Source of the DNA: Carcharhinus amblyrhynchos
Lineage: Eukaryota
Assembly (NCBI GenBank): GCA_965287045.1
Contig: OZ336880.1
Location: forward strand, 6,572,001-6,636,000
Reading direction: 5' to 3'
DNA length: 64,000 nucleotides
Shown here in pieces: positions 1-12,476 of the stretch. Below the pieces are notes generated by a model that was given only the letters and a program-made list of their open reading frames with translations, was not told the DNA's origin and searched no databases. A program made the translations under genes and the position numbers. Every line of letters begins with the position of its first letter. Position 1 is the stretch's first letter.

Positions 1-71
1 TTTTGGTTGTTCAGAGCTGCCTCCAAATCTACCTGCAAAACAGTCTAGATAAGTGAGCAAATGTGAACAGT

Positions 72-610
72 TAAGAACATAAGAACATAAGAAATAGGAG
101 CAGGAGTAGACCATCTAGCCCTTCAAGCCTGCCCTGCCATTCAATAAGATCATGGCTGATCTGAAGTGGCTCAGTTCCACTTTCCCGCTTTCTCCCCATA
201 ACCCTTAATTCCATTGCCTACCAAAAACCTATCTACCCGTGTCTTAAATATATTGAGCAAGGTAGCCTCCACCGCTTCAACGGGCAGAGAATTCCAGAGA
301 TTCACCGCCCTTTGAGTGAAGAATTTCCTCCTCAACTCTGTTCTAAACTGCTCCCCCCTTATCTTAAGGCTGTGTGCTCTAGTCCTGCTGTCCTTTCTAA
401 GCAGGAAGAATCTCTCTACCTCTACCCTATCCAAGCCTTTCATTATCTTATATGTCTCTATAAGATCCCCCACTCATGCTTCTAAATGCCAACGAGTACA
501 GACCCAGTCTATTCAGCCTCTCTTCATAGTCCAACCCCCTCATCTCTGGTATCAGCCTAGTGAACGTCCTCTGCACTCCCTCCAAGGCCAAAATATCCTA
601 TTTTAAATTA
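72..610 (-). mobile_element. 5'-truncated CR1 LINE 3' end, relatively young
   Basis: ORF 171..473 GDLIETYKIMKGLDRV...FFTQRAVNLWNSLP is the CR1 ORF2 C-terminus; (TTCTTATG)n-type tail at 72-92. Confidence 0.92.
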
Positions 611-1144
611 GGTTTCTTTGCCTTTTTGTAAAGTGTGAATACATCTCAAATTAAATGATAGCTTCGGAATCAAAAGGACAGGCTGCAGTACAGAATTACA
701 TTGACAGTTTCCATTATAATTGAGAAATTATAATTATAAAAGAAAAAACAATTCACTCAGTTGTTGGGATCTGGGACACTAGGAAGTCAACTCCACAAAT
801 AATTTTAAACTTTGAGCAGGAGGAATTCACAGATTCATAGACAAAAAGTTGATCATACACCATTTTTAGTTTAAAATGCTCATTCTTACATTCAAATCCC
901 TCACAGCCTCACCTCTCCATACCTCAGTCTCCCCTAGCACCACCACTCTCAGATATCTGCAGGTGTTCTAAATCTGGCTTCTTAAGCATTACTAATTTTA
1001 ATTCCTCCACTTGGAAAGGTCACAGACTTGAAACGGTAACTCTGTTCCTTTCTACATAGACGTATCCAGAATTGCTGAGTATTGCCTGCCTTTTCTGATT
1101 TTATACAATATAAATTTGTTGGGATGCAGGATTTTTTTTAATAT

Positions 1145-1520
1145 ATATTCCTTCATGCAACCTGGTTGTCGCTGGCTGGCTCAACATTTATTGCCCATCC
1201 CCAGTCGTCCTTGGAAGGCAGTTGAAATTCAATCACATTGCTGTGGCACTGGAATCACATCTAGGCCAGACAAGGTAAGGACAGCAGTTTTCATTCCTAA
1301 AGGACATTAGTGATAGCAGATTTCCTTCCAAAAGGACATTAGTGAACCAGATTAGTTTATTGGACAAACAACAATGGTCATCAGTGGATTCTTAATTCCA
1401 GATATATTTTATTGGATTCAAATTTTACTATCCGCTGTGACAGGACTTGAACCCGGGTCCCCAGAACACTGAGTTTCTGGATTAATAGTTTAGCAAGAAT
1501 ATCACTAGGCCATTGCTCCC
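1145..1520 (-). mobile_element. tRNA-derived SINE sharing its 3' tail with the LINE family at 58020-59440
   Basis: Head GGGAGCAATGGCCTAGTG (A box) and GGTTCAAGTCC (B box); tail gggatgggcaataaatg; related copies at about 4100, 18325, 34760 and 40790. Confidence 0.75.
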
Positions 1521-1946
1521 GCATAGTTTAAGCTTGACTGCTCTTATGAAGACACAGCATAGGCAAGACAACACAAATGGTCTGAAGTGCTGCGTGCTTC
1601 TATGATTCCATGAAACGTGGAAACAGTAAAACTGTACATACTTACAAAAGTCTATGTTAAACAAATAGATCGAAGATCTGTTTTAAAAGGTAAAAAAGGT
1701 AGCATCAAATGTCAAAGTTGAAGAAGGCATTCATACATCAGCATATTTAGAGGCTTCTTTTAACATGCTTCTTATTCACCATTTCTAGGAGAAAAACTGT
1801 GTATTGGATAACTGGATTAAAAGCTTCTCCAGACTCAGTGTGGCTAAATATTTAACACAGTTAACAGATGGGACACAAGAGAATTTGTTAACCTAATACT
1901 TTTGTCAGGTCTGGGACCAAAGTAGCACAACTGTAAGTTTACCAAC

Positions 1947-2442
1947 CTTACGAATTTCCTCCAGTTCTGCAGCCATGGCTTTAAATTTTTCCACATGAAT
2001 GGCAGCTAATTCCTTTCGGATCGTCTCTTGTGCATTACTCAGCTCAGCTTCATGATCAGCTTTCAGCTGATTTACTTCCCTAGTTAGATTCCCAGCGCTC
2101 TCTCTCTTAATTGTGTCTAAATCCCTCTCGTAGGTTTTCACTACCTCCTGCAGCTTGTGAATCTCTGTCTGGTATTTACATGCTGCATCTTCTAGATCTG
2201 CTGAGTGTTTCAGTTTTAAAGTTTCCAGCGTAGCCAACTTCCCTTTCTCTAAAGCTTCCATTTCAGCTTGATGCTTGGTGCACAACTCAGCTTTCAGATT
2301 CTCTACTTGATTTAGGTGGTTTTCCATTTGATGTTTTCTTTGGCTTTCTAACTCCTCTGCGTGTCTTCGCTTCAATTCCTGTAGAAGGGTCTCCTGTTCA
2401 GACATAAAATTGTCCATCATCTGTCTGTGCTCTTCCATGAAC
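1947..2442 (-). CDS. PCNT: PCNT exon (496 bp, 2-0): (R)FMEEHRQMM...LEEIRK
   Basis: Acceptor cttcttag, donor AAG|gttggt. Confidence 0.9.
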
Positions 2443-3441
2443 CTAAGAAGTTAATGAATGTAAAAGCAAAATGGATTTTTATAATATTTTTAACTAGCAA
2501 AGCATTCACTTCAATATTTTAGATGAATATTTTAACTCCATTATCACATATTTTGAAAGGAAGCACAAAAGACACAGGACATCACAATAAAGATGGTCTT
2601 GGGTTGACAAGTGCAACAAAGACCATGGCTGCTATTTGAAATGAAGTTATGTGTTTTACCTTCTCGAGGTTGAGAGTAAAGAACAAAAACTACATGGGAA
2701 GAGGTGAAATGAATTGGGTAGCATGTCAGTTAGGCAAAACAGTATACTGTACAATCTATTGAAGGATTGGACTTGCTTGGCTGTGACTTGCTTTTCTCAT
2801 TCTATGTGCAGGCAATGAACACTTTGTAAATGCAATTAGTACACTGCTAGGCCCTGGAAACACAGCAATTATGTTGTGTGTAAGAGGAAGGTTGGCAGCG
2901 ATGGAATGGCTGATTATAGAGGGGGATCTACAACTGCCAGCTTTCTGCATGTGCACAAAGTGAAAATTATTCCATAATGTCTTGAGAACATCCAACAACA
3001 GAATGATGCTTTGACGTGTTAAAACTAAAACTCTTAATTACCAAGGTTTATGGAGACAGTTATCTGTATTTTAAAGTTCTACTGCCCTGGTTTGCTCCAA
3101 GAGGATAAAACCAGTTAGAGTACAGACCAAATCAAAGTAAATTACATGTGTCACCATGAAAAGCTGATTTGATGATATAAGTGGTCTTTTCTCCTTGCAT
3201 ATTTCATGCTTTGGCATTCACTGAACCACCAGTGCATCTTGAATCCAATTAATTGATGTAAAATAAATCTATGTTACCTACTGTTTCTCAGGCTCCACAG
3301 GCAAATTAGCAATGAGTGCACTGAAACTTAGGGAATTCTGTACACTCTAACAGCCAGCTGTATAACTTGTAATAGAGCACAGACCATTCTCCTAATACAT
3401 AGCACCATCTCTTCCACATACCATGCACAGGTACTACTAAC

Positions 3442-3926
3442 CTGTTCTGTGCCTCCAGGTGTTTCATAGCTGATTGCTCCTGTGCATTAACTTGATGTTT
3501 CTCAAAGTCCTCCACCATCAGAGACTTGGCCATGGCAAGTTCAGCATCAAATTGTGCTTGGATTTTCTGGCGTATCGCTGCAATTTCCGGTAATTGCTCA
3601 TTCGCAAGACTATCCTGGAGCTGCTGCAGGTGGTTTTTTCCTTCCTTTAGTTGCAATTCAAGTTTAGAAATTGTGGCACGCTGTTCTTCTTGAATTTTAT
3701 TCATTTCTCCATTTCTCTGGTCAAACTCCTGCTTCAAAGCTTGTCTCTCCTCCTCAAACTCACTGCTAAGCCGCTTGTGTAAAGCTGAGATGTTCTCTTC
3801 ATGGCTGGCTTCTAACTCCTCTCTTAAAATCTTCAACTTACACTCTCTCTCATTTGCACACTCCTGCATTTTGGCTTCAAATGCTTCCCTGTTGGCCTGA
3901 AGTTTGCGATTTGTTTCTTCCAGTAA
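3442..3926 (-). CDS. PCNT: PCNT exon (485 bp, 0-2): LLEETNRKLQ...LEAQN
   Basis: Acceptor aaacccag (weak pyrimidine tract), donor AG|gttagt. Confidence 0.85.
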
Positions 3927-4099
3927 CTGGGTTTCATTCATTAAACATAAAAAATGACAAAATTAATTTTCTATTTGCGAGGAGGAGGGTTAAATCAAAT
4001 ACACTCAACCTTCACAAACAGTTGTAGCACCATTAATGTGAATAACAAAACCGTAAAAGTTATAGCACAGGAGCCACCATTCGGCTCACCAAGTAATTC

Positions 4100-4450
4100 A
4101 GGGGTACATGGTGACATAGTGGTCATTGGACTAGTAATCCAGAAGCCCAAACTAATGCCCGGGAATATGGACTCAAATCTGAGCACAAAAAAAAAATCAA
4201 AGAATAAAAATCTGGAATTGAAATCTAATCTCATGAAAATAACATGATTGTTGTAAAAATCCATCTGATTTACTAATGCCTTTTAGGGGAGGAAATCTTA
4301 CATTCTTACTTGATCTGACATTTATGGATTCCGAATTCACAGTAATGCGGTTGACTCTTAATTGCCCTCTGGAATGGTCCAACTCGCAGCTCAGTTCAAC
4401 GACAATTAAGGATGGCCTTTTGTTTTGTCAATGAAAGAATTAAAAAAAAA
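4100..4450 (+). mobile_element. tRNA-derived SINE, same family as 1145-1520
   Basis: ggactagtaatccag head, gcggttgactcttaattgccctctg body, A-rich tail. Confidence 0.7.
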
Positions 4451-5187
4451 GCTGTGCCAGCTCTCTGAAAGAGCAACTCAGCCACTCTCACTACCCATTC
4501 TTTCCTACAGGCTTCAGGTATTTATCCAATTCCCTTTTCAAAGCCATTGCAGCAGCTAGGCATTCTTGATCCCGACTACTCACTATCATCTGGTTCTCAA
4601 CCTGTCCAACAACAGGAAGTTTCTCCCTATTTACCATGTCTAAACTGGTCATGATTTTGAAAGCCTCAACATTCTCTTCTCAAATGGAGAACAACCACAA
4701 CTTTTCCAAATCTAACCATTTAATTGAAGTGGTGATATTCTTCTGAATCATTTTTTCACTGTCTGAATTTCTGGCGATAGGCTGTCAGAAATATTCATTA
4801 CAAGAACTGACTCCAATAAATACCTCAACTACGCTTCTTACTATTTACTTTTAATGTTTCAGAACCCTTGCTTGGATTTTACTGATGTCTTTTTAGGCCA
4901 ATATTTGTAAGTTTATCTCAGGATAGGGTTATTACATAGAGAGTAATGAAAAATTACCTGGCGCAATCTGGTGGTGTTAGCTGACTGAATGAGGGAAATA
5001 TTTACTTGAGCTCAGATCTTGGAGTTTGAAATTTAGGATGCAAAGCTGTCCTAAAGCTACGTTCCTGCATGAGATGCTTGCACATCCTAATTATATGTGT
5101 AGTTTGAACCTCTCAGGAAAAACAAGCTCAGATAAACACAACTTTTAATTTATAATAAAAGGGAGAAGGGAGGAAACTAAAATTTAC

Positions 5188-5429
5188 CTGGTTCATTTCT
5201 AGTTTGCTTCTTTCTGTTAACTGTTCAGTAAGGTCCACTATGGCTGTGGCGTGGTCTCTCTTCAAACATTCAATCTCTTCCTGCAGACTAACAACTTTTC
5301 TTCTTTCAGAGTCAAATGCAGCTTCTTTTGCTGCCTTTGTCTCCTCTAACTTTCGGACACTCTCTTCCATGGCCACCTCTACCTCCCGGGCAGTTTGTTG
5401 TGCACACTGGAGTCGTAACTTGGTAATCT
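5188..5429 (-). CDS. PCNT: PCNT exon (242 bp, 1-0): (E)ITKLRLQCAQQTAREVE...LEMNQ
   Basis: Acceptor ttattttgtag, donor CAG|gtaaat. Confidence 0.9.
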
Positions 5430-5790
5430 CTACAAAATAAATTTTATGCATTTTAAAGAATTGCTTCCCAAAAGAAAAACATACACATTCTTAATTAAAA
5501 GAAACATCCGATCAAACAGAAATCTGAAGATTAGACAATCAGAAGTATACACCCTTATGTAACAATTGAGAATTGTTATATATTTAAAATGTTTATGTCA
5601 AGAACTTGCTGCATTTCAAAACAAAGAAAACTTTATTACAAGGGAAGAAATTTGATGGAATCCAGTGTTTACAGGGGCAGTGAGTGCAGCATGTACAAGC
5701 AGTTGTTTAAACAAATGACTTGTCGAGCGTCCTGTTCACTGCACTGACCTTGGTTTCAAAATGATGTCGTTATGGTTTTTGATTTTATAC

Positions 5791-5992
5791 CTTTAAGATG
5801 CTCTTCCGAGAGTCGAGCTTGTAATTGGTCTAACTCTAGAACATGCTCTGCCTTCTGCTCTTCACTCTCTGCCAAAAATCTCTGTGACAATTCTCTTTCT
5901 ATCTTCTGCAGGTCCTCTTTGTGTATCAAAGAAGTGGCTTTCTCCTGTTTGTGTTTCTCCTCTAATTGTAGTCTAAGTATTTTTATTTCTTC
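5791..5992 (-). CDS. PCNT: PCNT exon (202 bp, 0-1): EEIKILRLQLEEKH...EEHLK
   Basis: Acceptor tactttcag, donor G|gtataa. Confidence 0.9.
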
Positions 5993-6129
5993 CTGAAAGT
6001 AACACAGAAACATGATCATAATCTGTTTATATAAATTATGTTAACCAGCTTTATGTAGCTTTGTCTTTGAACCTGGTTTGTCTCAAGAGGAAAACACTTA
6101 AAATTCTGCATTCAACATTTTATTTCCAA

Positions 6130-6920
6130 CCATACATCAAACTCTTGACACCCCACTTACTAAATAATTTACCCATCTCAATTTTCAATTGACCATTTGG
6201 TGATGAGGGAGCAGCGTGTGCGTGTGTGTGGTTTAACTCTTCAACATCATGTTTCTCAGGGGTTCCACCAATACTCTTGGAAGTCAAAAGGGTTCCATGG
6301 TCAAAAAGGTTTGGGAACCCTGCTCTGATCAGTTTGCCACAAGTCCGAAGTGGATAACTTCACACAGTGAGTAAAATTGGCAAGTGGAATTTAGCACTCT
6401 ATTGATGTCCCATGCAACTTTTTGCCCTCATGTATACCAATTGCTGTGCCATTTAGAAAATTTATATGTGCCACTTTTACTTCTTAACCCAAGGCTTTTA
6501 GAATCTGATGAAAAGCCGCAAATCTCTGGGGAATATCACTGCCATCCTGTCAACTAGAGTACAAATCAATTATTTTTATTCATTGTTTCCTATTCATACC
6601 CTATCCAAGTCTGCAGGTTGCATCCAATTTCATGTGCTCTAATTCTTGTGAAGGCCGCTTACATGAAACTTTATCAAATGCCTGTCGAAAGTCCACGTTG
6701 AACACTCATGTTACTATAATGTTTGTTACCTCGCCAAACTTTTCAGCTACGTTTGCTGGACTTGATTTATGTTTTCCAAATCCATGCTGGCTCCTTTTGA
6801 ACAGCTAATTGTCCAAATTCCTTTAGTCATCTTATCCTAAACAATACTTTCTAGTAACAAACTCACAACTTACATTTGTGTAATAGGCTCACTAGTTCCT
6901 CATTTTTCTTTTACCCGTGA
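6130..6920 (-). mobile_element. Decayed CR1 fragments, with a hAT/Charlie-like MITE end at about 6255-6322
   Basis: ttatcaaatgcctgtcgaaagtcca is antisense of the RT D-F-x-K-A-F-D-K motif; aaaaaggtttgggaaccctg resembles a hAT terminus. Confidence 0.55.
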
Positions 6921-7386
6921 ATACTGGAAGGAATACTGTACAAGGATCCTCCAACAATTGGCTACACTAGCTAGGAATGCAAAGGGAAAGGAATGTATAA
7001 AAACTGCTCTTTCCCAATATGTTATCTAACAAAGTTATTAATTTCAAGATGACACCAGCAGATGAAATATGCTGGATTTCACAAGTACACTTTAAACTGC
7101 GTTGCAGCTGGATTAAATTCTAAGAAAAACGATGCACAATGCTACCTAAATAAAAACTTCTTTTCATTCAGGTGAAAGTTAATTATCCAAAACATTAACT
7201 GCCACACTCTCCACAAATGCTGCCAGTCTGCTCAGCAATTCCAACGTTTTCCATTTTTGCTCTGTTCCATTTCCTCCCCTCCACCCCATTAGCTTTGATA
7301 CAAGTCATGAACCAAAAGGTAACATCTCTACCTTTGAATAATAAGACAAGATATAGAAGGGTTAAGCGGGGCTAGGCTTACACAGA

Positions 7387-7418
7387 GGGGGGGGGGGGGG
7401 GGCGGGGGGGGGGGGGGG
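7387..7418 (+). repeat. Poly-G tract G16-C-G15
   Basis: Read directly. Confidence 0.95.
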
Positions 7419-7424
7419 TGATTT

Positions 7425-8030
7425 AGATAGAAGAGGCCATTTAACTTCTAAAACCTGTTTCATCATTTAATGAGATCTTGGCCAATCTACATCTCAACTC
7501 CATCCATCTGCTTTGGCTCCATTTCCTCTTATATCCTTGTCTAGCAAAAACTTTTTGACCTTAGAATTGAAAATATTAATTGAACTAACAAGTGATTTTT
7601 GTGGGAGAATTACAAACTTCCACCACACTTTGTGTGAAGAAGTGTCCCAGTTGCTAATTTTCTAAGTGACCTGATTCTGAATTTAAGGTTGGCTGTCTTC
7701 TCCAAGACCAGCAAAATTTTTCTTCAGCTACCCTATCAACTCCTTTCAATAATCCTAAAAAAAAGTTCACCCCAAAAGCTCCAATATTCTATGCAACAAA
7801 GCCAATACAATTGTAATCTCTCCTCATTAACTAACTGTGGGCCTGGCATTAACATCCTGATGAATCTGGACTGCACTCCAGGGTCAAGATTTCTGAAGGT
7901 TAAGTGCCCAGATCTGTGAACAGTATTTAAAATGTAGTCAAACTAGGACTTTGAATAATTACAGCATGTTTTTTTCCCCTCCTGAATTCTAGATCTCTAG
8001 TTGTAAAGGCCATCATTCGTTTAGCCTCAA
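7425..8030 (-). mobile_element. Decayed CR1 3' fragment
   Basis: agaagaggccatttaac...catttaatgagatcttggc resembles the tail at 100-160. Confidence 0.65.
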
Positions 8031-9344
8031 TATAAAAGCAATATTTCGCAGCTGAAAACATGAAATTAAAAACCGTAAAAGCTGGAAATACTCAGATCAG
8101 GCAGCATCTGTGGATAGAGAAATAAGGTTAACAGGGCATTTGTGAGACCACACCTGGAGTACTATGTATAGTATTGGTCTCCTTATTTATCCAAGGATAT
8201 AAATGCATTAGAAACAGTTCAAGGTGTACTAAACCACTGTTCCTTTACTTGGTACTCTCTTAAAACATGTTCTATCTTCAGCTTTCTCTAGTTCTGACAG
8301 AAGGTCATTGACCTGAAACATCTTATTGAATGGCTTTGCATGTGGTAAAGTTCACTCATCTATAACTGCCTTGTATCAAAACAGCCTGTTAAGACTCTCA
8401 GTCAACATTTTGGTGTAAAGAATTGCCATTTTGACTGAGGTCGCAGACATTTGTGAAATATTGTTATAACATAAGCCATCAATTTCAAAATAACGGGAGG
8501 ACACTTCAGTGGGAAATAAAAACTAACTTCAGGGAAACTAACAACTCAACCACTTGTATAGTCATTCACCTCAAGTGCTTAAGTAATAGAAATGTACATT
8601 GGAAATCTTCATGCCATGTTTATCAGTAAGCAATGCAAAAAATATGATTGCATCACAGATCATCAGCATGCAATTGCCAAGGAAATTCAAATATGAAGAG
8701 TCAACTACTGTACTGTATGATCGAGAATACCAAAGGAAGGATATACTGGCCAAAAAGCGAACAGAACTAAGATGAGAGCCGTGAAAGCCCACGCTACCAA
8801 TGACATGACTGGTGCATGCTCATACTCGCCAAAGACATCAGTATATACATTAAATTATACTATAACAACTATAACACTGTAACACAAGTATTGATAAATT
8901 TCTATGTACCAGAACATCAAGGGCTTTTGGGATAGTGCAGGAAGATAGCGTTGAGGTAGAAAATCAGCTATGATCCAGTTAAATGGTGGAGCAAGCTTGA
9001 GGGGCTGAATGGACTACTTTTGTGCCTAGGTTCCCAACATATTTAGGAATGCTGTCAGTGTACAACAAAACACCACTTTAGTGTGCTATGCAGTGATGGA
9101 AAGTAGGCAAGATTCACCATACAACATATCCAAGCATTTCAGACATTTAAGGAAGCCTAGTACAAGGGCAGGGCACTCCTCCCAATACACAAGCTTACAT
9201 CAACTAAGAGCAAATCAAGCAGTAAACCTTACTTGACGGTTCAGCTGCTCAATGCACTAAATAGGGGGCCATCAGGGAGCTTTCCAACAATTGCTTGGAA
9301 AAAAACACATCATCATGTTTCCTTATAGAACCATTGCAAGTTAC

Positions 9345-9444
9345 CTTGTATTGCTCCAGCTTTTGTGCCAACTCCTCTACAATCTGAATCCGGTGCTGGA
9401 AGTAATTCTTCTCGGTGAGATCAGTAAATGACAGCATAGACAGA
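9345..9444 (-). CDS. PCNT: PCNT exon (100 bp, 2-0): (S)LSMLSFTDLTEK...LEQYK
   Basis: Acceptor ttttattcttaccag, donor AAG|gtaact. Confidence 0.88.
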
Positions 9445-9559
9445 CTGGTAAGAATAAAAATTTTAAAACTTTAAAAGTACAGCATGGATACATTCTATTA
9501 AATTATAGCACACATTTTCTCATACCAAGAATAAAAGTTAATAAAACCTTCAGAAAGCT

Positions 9560-10090
9560 TGCAATTATATAGGCCTTTGGAAAGGCCGCACCTGGAATAC
9601 TCTGCACGTTTTTAGTCTCCTTACCCACGGAAGGATATATTTGCCTTCGAGGGGATGCACTGGAGGTTCACTAGATGGATTCCTGGATTCAGACAGCAAT
9701 CCAAATGAGACAAGACTGAGTAAAGTGGGTCTATGTTCTCTGGAGTTTCAAAGAACATTTTGTTAGAATGAAAAAATATTTAGGTTCAACGGGGAAGAAG
9801 CTAGGATGCCTTTTCACCTGGTTCAAAAATCCAGAACTAGGGTAATGATCTCAGGACAAGAGGTTAACCATTTCAGCAGATACAAAGAAATGACTTCATT
9901 CTTGAGGATTGCAAATCCTCAGAATATTCTATTCCAGAGAGCTGTGGATGCTAAATCAATGAGTACATTCAACATTGAGATCATCAGACTTTTGGGCTCT
10001 TAAGGATCATTATGGGGATAGGACAAAAAAGTAGATGATGAAGGAGCTACGATCATATTGAATGGAGGAAGTTGTTCAAAGTGTGATATA
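9560..10090 (+). mobile_element. Decayed CR1 3' fragment
   Basis: aggccgcacctggaatac encodes RPHLEY; CR1-type 3' UTR follows. Confidence 0.75.
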
Positions 10091-10469
10091 GAAAACTCCT
10101 GTTTTACTTTTACTTTAAAGCCCACCAAAAAAAGCAACAAGTACATTAACATGAAGTTCACACAAACTATACCAAGAACTCTAAACTTCACAGTATGGAG
10201 TGTTGCAAGCCAGTTTACTGAATGATACAGCAGAACTATCCAATTAATCCCACTTCTCAGACTCTACCACCAGCATTGTATTTCTTTCCCCTTAAAATAC
10301 ATATCCATTTTTTGTTCCAATGTTACTGTAATACCAAATCGGTTTTCACTACTCCTTCAGGCAGTACATTCCAGGTCACAGCAACTTTTCGCATAAAGAA
10401 ATGTTGCCTAATGTAGCCGCTGCTCCATTTGCAAATCACATCCACCTCCTCTGGTCTCCACTCCTCATG

Positions 10470-10625
10470 TTGTGGAGATGCCAGCATTGGACTGGGATAA
10501 ACATAGTAAGAAGTCTCACAACACCAGGTTAAAATCCAACAGGTTTATTTGGTGGCAAAAGCCACTAGCTTTCGGAGCGCTGCCCGTTTGTCAGGTGAGT
10601 GGGAGTTCTATTCGCAAGCAGGGAT
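10470..10625 (-). mobile_element. Penelope-like element terminal repeat (pLTR) with degenerate hammerhead motif
   Basis: agtaagaagtctcacaacaccaggttaaaatccaacaggtttatttgg; minus strand CAC-CTGACAA..GCTCC-GAAA-GCTA-GTG; related copies at 15495, 16101, 39335 and 44950. Confidence 0.7.
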
Positions 10626-12208
10626 ACACTCTCTGATACACCGGTGTACACAGTGCTCCCAAGAACTCCCAAAGGCAACCAGGCTTCAGACCTTTTTCTC
10701 TATGACTTCCATAACCCTAATCCAACTCATCTGGCAGTGGAAACAATTCTTATTTAGTCTATCAAAACCCATCATGATTTTGAACACCTCTATCAAACCT
10801 GTATTCATATTGGAAGAGGACATGCAAGTATAGAAAGCGGGGAGGAGAACTGCAAAATAATTAAACAGATTAGCATTGAGAGGGAGAAGGTCTTAGTGGT
10901 TTTAAGGAGAAAGTAATGAGTTGCTGTTGATGTAGTCTACATGGACTCAATAAGGCTTTTAACAAGGATTCCGCACGGGAGACAGATCAACAAGGTAAGA
11001 GCCCAGGGGATCTAGGGCAATTTGGCAAATTGGATCAATAAATCATTGCAGACAAGGAATCCTCCTATATTTATACACAAGGCCTGGACCATCCATCCAC
11101 TTGGTTGTCAAGGATATTGCCCACAATTAATCCTCAATGCTTCTTCTGAGTGTCCCCATGGTATGAAAACCTTTTCTGTCCTTCTTTCCTCAGGCTGACG
11201 CAACAAAATCTGAAGCACCTGATGCCGAATGAAGTGCAAGAAAATTCCATGCCCAAGGCCTCTCTGATACACTGCTGCACACAGTAGCTCTCACAAATGC
11301 TGCCAAGCCCAAGTTGCACCCAATAAGCTGCTCCCAAAAACTCCCAATGGCGACCAGGCTGTTTTCTCCATGACTTCCATAACCCTAATCCAATGTACAA
11401 GAGCACAGCTCATGTGAACATCAAGCCATAATTCCATCCCCCACGATGCACCAGATTCTAATGACCCTCCCAAGAATTACCAAAGCCCAATTTCAAGTGC
11501 CCAACAGGTAGTGATCCTATCAATAAAATGTGTGGCACATAGAGGAATATAAAACAAGTACCAGCCAGATGCAAATTATAACTCAGCTACCAACTAAAAA
11601 TGGCTCACAAAAAAACTATTCAGGAAGAAGCAAACGAGTGACATTAGTCAAACACAGAACCAGTGTTTACCCTCCAAACAAACACTGAAGAAACAATAAG
11701 ATCACAATTCTCTTTTTGGAAATCAGTTCAGCAACCAAGATTTTTCCTCAGTTAGCTGACCATACACATAAAATCAAATAATTTGCAAAACAAAAATTCA
11801 ACTTAAAAGTTACTAAATCCCTGTTGGAAACATGAAAGTAAAAACAACCCACTATCACCTCCTCAAGGCTTAACCTCTAAAGAAAGCCTTGGCCACAGTT
11901 TTGCTCAGACTGCTGTCTATACTCCTATAACAGCGGTTTTCTGATCTCATGGTGTCTGAAGATCAATAAGAAGGAAGAGTCCCCTATTGTGCATTTGTAC
12001 GACACACCATCTGCAAACACATTACTCTGACTGATAAGTACTGGGATAAATTGACTGAGAGTGGAAAAAGTGCTATAGGCAGCTTTTTCTTGTTAAATTC
12101 ATGGAAAATGAGGTGATACTTAAATTAAGGGTAGAGTCTTAAAAGAATCACATTGGAAATAGCATGAACTAAGAGAAAGTTTAAAACTATTTTGATGTTC
12201 TATATCAC

Positions 12209-12476
12209 CTTGGTTCTACTGTCTGGTTCAGACTGAGCTCAGATTCAGGACCAAGCGGCAGCCTAACATCTTCCTGGAGACGCTGTTCTAGTTGGGCAAC
12301 TTCCGCACTGTTTTTCTCTTGCATGTCTTTCAGTTTCTCTTCAAAGTAGCTCTTTAGTTGTTCCAGCTCACAAATATGTTGCTTCTGTAATTGCTCCCGC
12401 TGTTCAGCAAGTTCCTGCTTTAGATGCTCCACATCTTCAACTCGAGAGGTACAGGCCAGCAAATGTTCCTTGAATT
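12209..12476 (-). CDS. PCNT: PCNT exon (268 bp, 1-2): (E)FKEHLLACTSRVEDV...TVEP
   Basis: Acceptor ttcccttcag, donor AG|gtgata. Confidence 0.92.

Noticed and set aside
1282-1345. Repeated aaggacattagtga
   Set aside because: Small tandem duplication of about 33 bp inside a SINE; no sign of function.
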